A stretch of DNA of 64,000 bases from positions 42,972,401 through 43,036,400 of the forward strand of contig CM120641.1 of assembly GCA_051362555.1 (NCBI GenBank), written 5' to 3'. The position numbers and the translations under genes are program-made. Source of the DNA: Lingula anatina. Lineage: Eukaryota > Animalia > Brachiopoda. The notes below the pieces were generated by a model, which was not told the DNA's origin, made no database searches, and was given only the letters and a program-made list of their open reading frames with translations. Positions 62,611 to 64,000 of the stretch are shown here, one piece after another; position 1 is the first letter of the stretch, and every line of letters starts with the position of its first letter.

Positions 62611-64000
62611 AAGAGATAATACAATGAAGATGAGGATGTTTGACTTAGGCATAGGATTTGACATTGAGGATGGGGATATATAAATAGAAAAAATAATAAT
62701 AAATTGAAGATGAGGATATTGAGGATTCGACAATGAGGATGAGGGAGACATTGGTGATGTGAATTAGAATGTACAATTCAGGATATGCATTGACAGTGAG
62801 GATTCTTATCAGGAGTTGGAATGATGATGCTTATGTTGTTAATATACAATAACAGTGAGGATGATATTGATAATGTGTGGTAAAGGAAATACAATGACAC
62901 TGCATTGGGACCGAAATATTTGATAGAACTCATCAAGTGAAGTAAGACATAAAACTAAGTTTTAATTGCTTTGTTTAGACTGTAGTATTATACAAATTTT
63001 AGGGGTTTTATACAAAAGTGATCGATATCATTTTACACATTAAGTGTATCAGTAAGTACATGACTCAAGACTTAAAAGCATTGTAAGCAAGTTTATTGTT
63101 CTGAAAAAGCAAAATGATCTTTTGTGTGACTTTTAGACATTTCAAAACTCACTTGTGTTTTCTCTTCATATTCATGTATTTTATGCAGTTATTAAGTTTC
63201 AAAATGGGGTTAAAAGCAACTGAAAAAATAGCCAGCCATGACATTTCATAGTTTTCTCTTTTAAGTTAACTTTTTTAATATCATAAACTTTGTTTAATAT
63301 TGTTTTTTTAACTTAATGTATGCCAATTTGGCAGATTTTTTGCTTTTTTCATAAAGTCAAATTATTTTTTCTTTTTCTTGTACAGTGAATCACATACAAA
63401 TTTGAAACTAAGAGGGTTGGAATTTCCAATCAATGAAAAAAATATTTACATAAAATACCTTTTAGTTTTGTTTTTAGTAAAGACTGACTGAAAAGAAAAA
63501 TTATGCAAGTGAACCTGTAATTGTGCGATTTTCTATACATGTATTTGAAGCTGAGCTTGAGTTATCGTGTAGGCCAGAATGACGCTTTGAAAAACTTAAA
63601 TTTTTATTTTAGAACATTTCAGGTGGACAACAAAATAAAGTAAATCTAAGCAATTAATAACATAAAATGTTGCGAGCATTTTTTAACTATAATTCAGTCA
63701 AATGCTAAATTTCACTTTAGTGCATAATATTGCCTGTGGAACATAGAGGCAGTGACTTGATAGCCGCTATTCAAACTTTCCATTCTCCCATCGTCATCTG
63801 CATCGTCCTCTTTTAAAACCGTCTATAGATTCTGCAAAACACCCAAGGAGACCTTATCATGTTTACAGAATTGTGTTTTGTGAGAGAATCAGCTGAGCTT
63901 GCATTAGAAAATTGTTTCGTTGGGGATAACATCATTGTTGACATAGATGGCTGTCACAGTGACTTAACAATTCGAATAAATATGTTTTTACAATAAGCAG

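Noticed and set aside
62611-62875. Repeated GATGAGGATAT-like motifs after the RIOX1 stop, as a possible readthrough extension
   Set aside because: Frames are interrupted by stops; this looks like decayed low-complexity 3' UTR sequence.

Overview
AT-rich, intron-containing animal genomic DNA. The repeat types suggest a lophotrochozoan such as a mollusc, but that is inference. Three conserved genes frame the window: the 3' end of WDR27 (+, 1-2036), FSIP1 (-, 45727-52159), and RIOX1/NO66 (+, 53562-62610), which lies head-to-head with FSIP1. Between WDR27 and FSIP1 is a ~41 kb cluster of eight paralogous genes with a single coding exon and an architecture I do not recognise as a named family: an MGxxxS N-terminus, a C-x3-H...C-x2-C putative zinc module, a variable linker, a CxxC/HxC + C2CH + C2H2 zinc cluster, and a C-terminal BEN-like domain. 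Seven copies have intact ORFs. Copy 5 is frameshifted, split by a ~3.5 kb insertion and lacks its BEN domain. It has gained a consensus splice donor that is in phase with a downstream six-finger C2H2 exon pair, so it may be a BEN-to-C2H2 domain-swap chimera. The cluster also holds MITEs, two Helentron/HINE-like elements (one with a ~146-bp satellite), a pogo transposase relic and perfect hairpins. All calls come from manual reading; no database searches were run.
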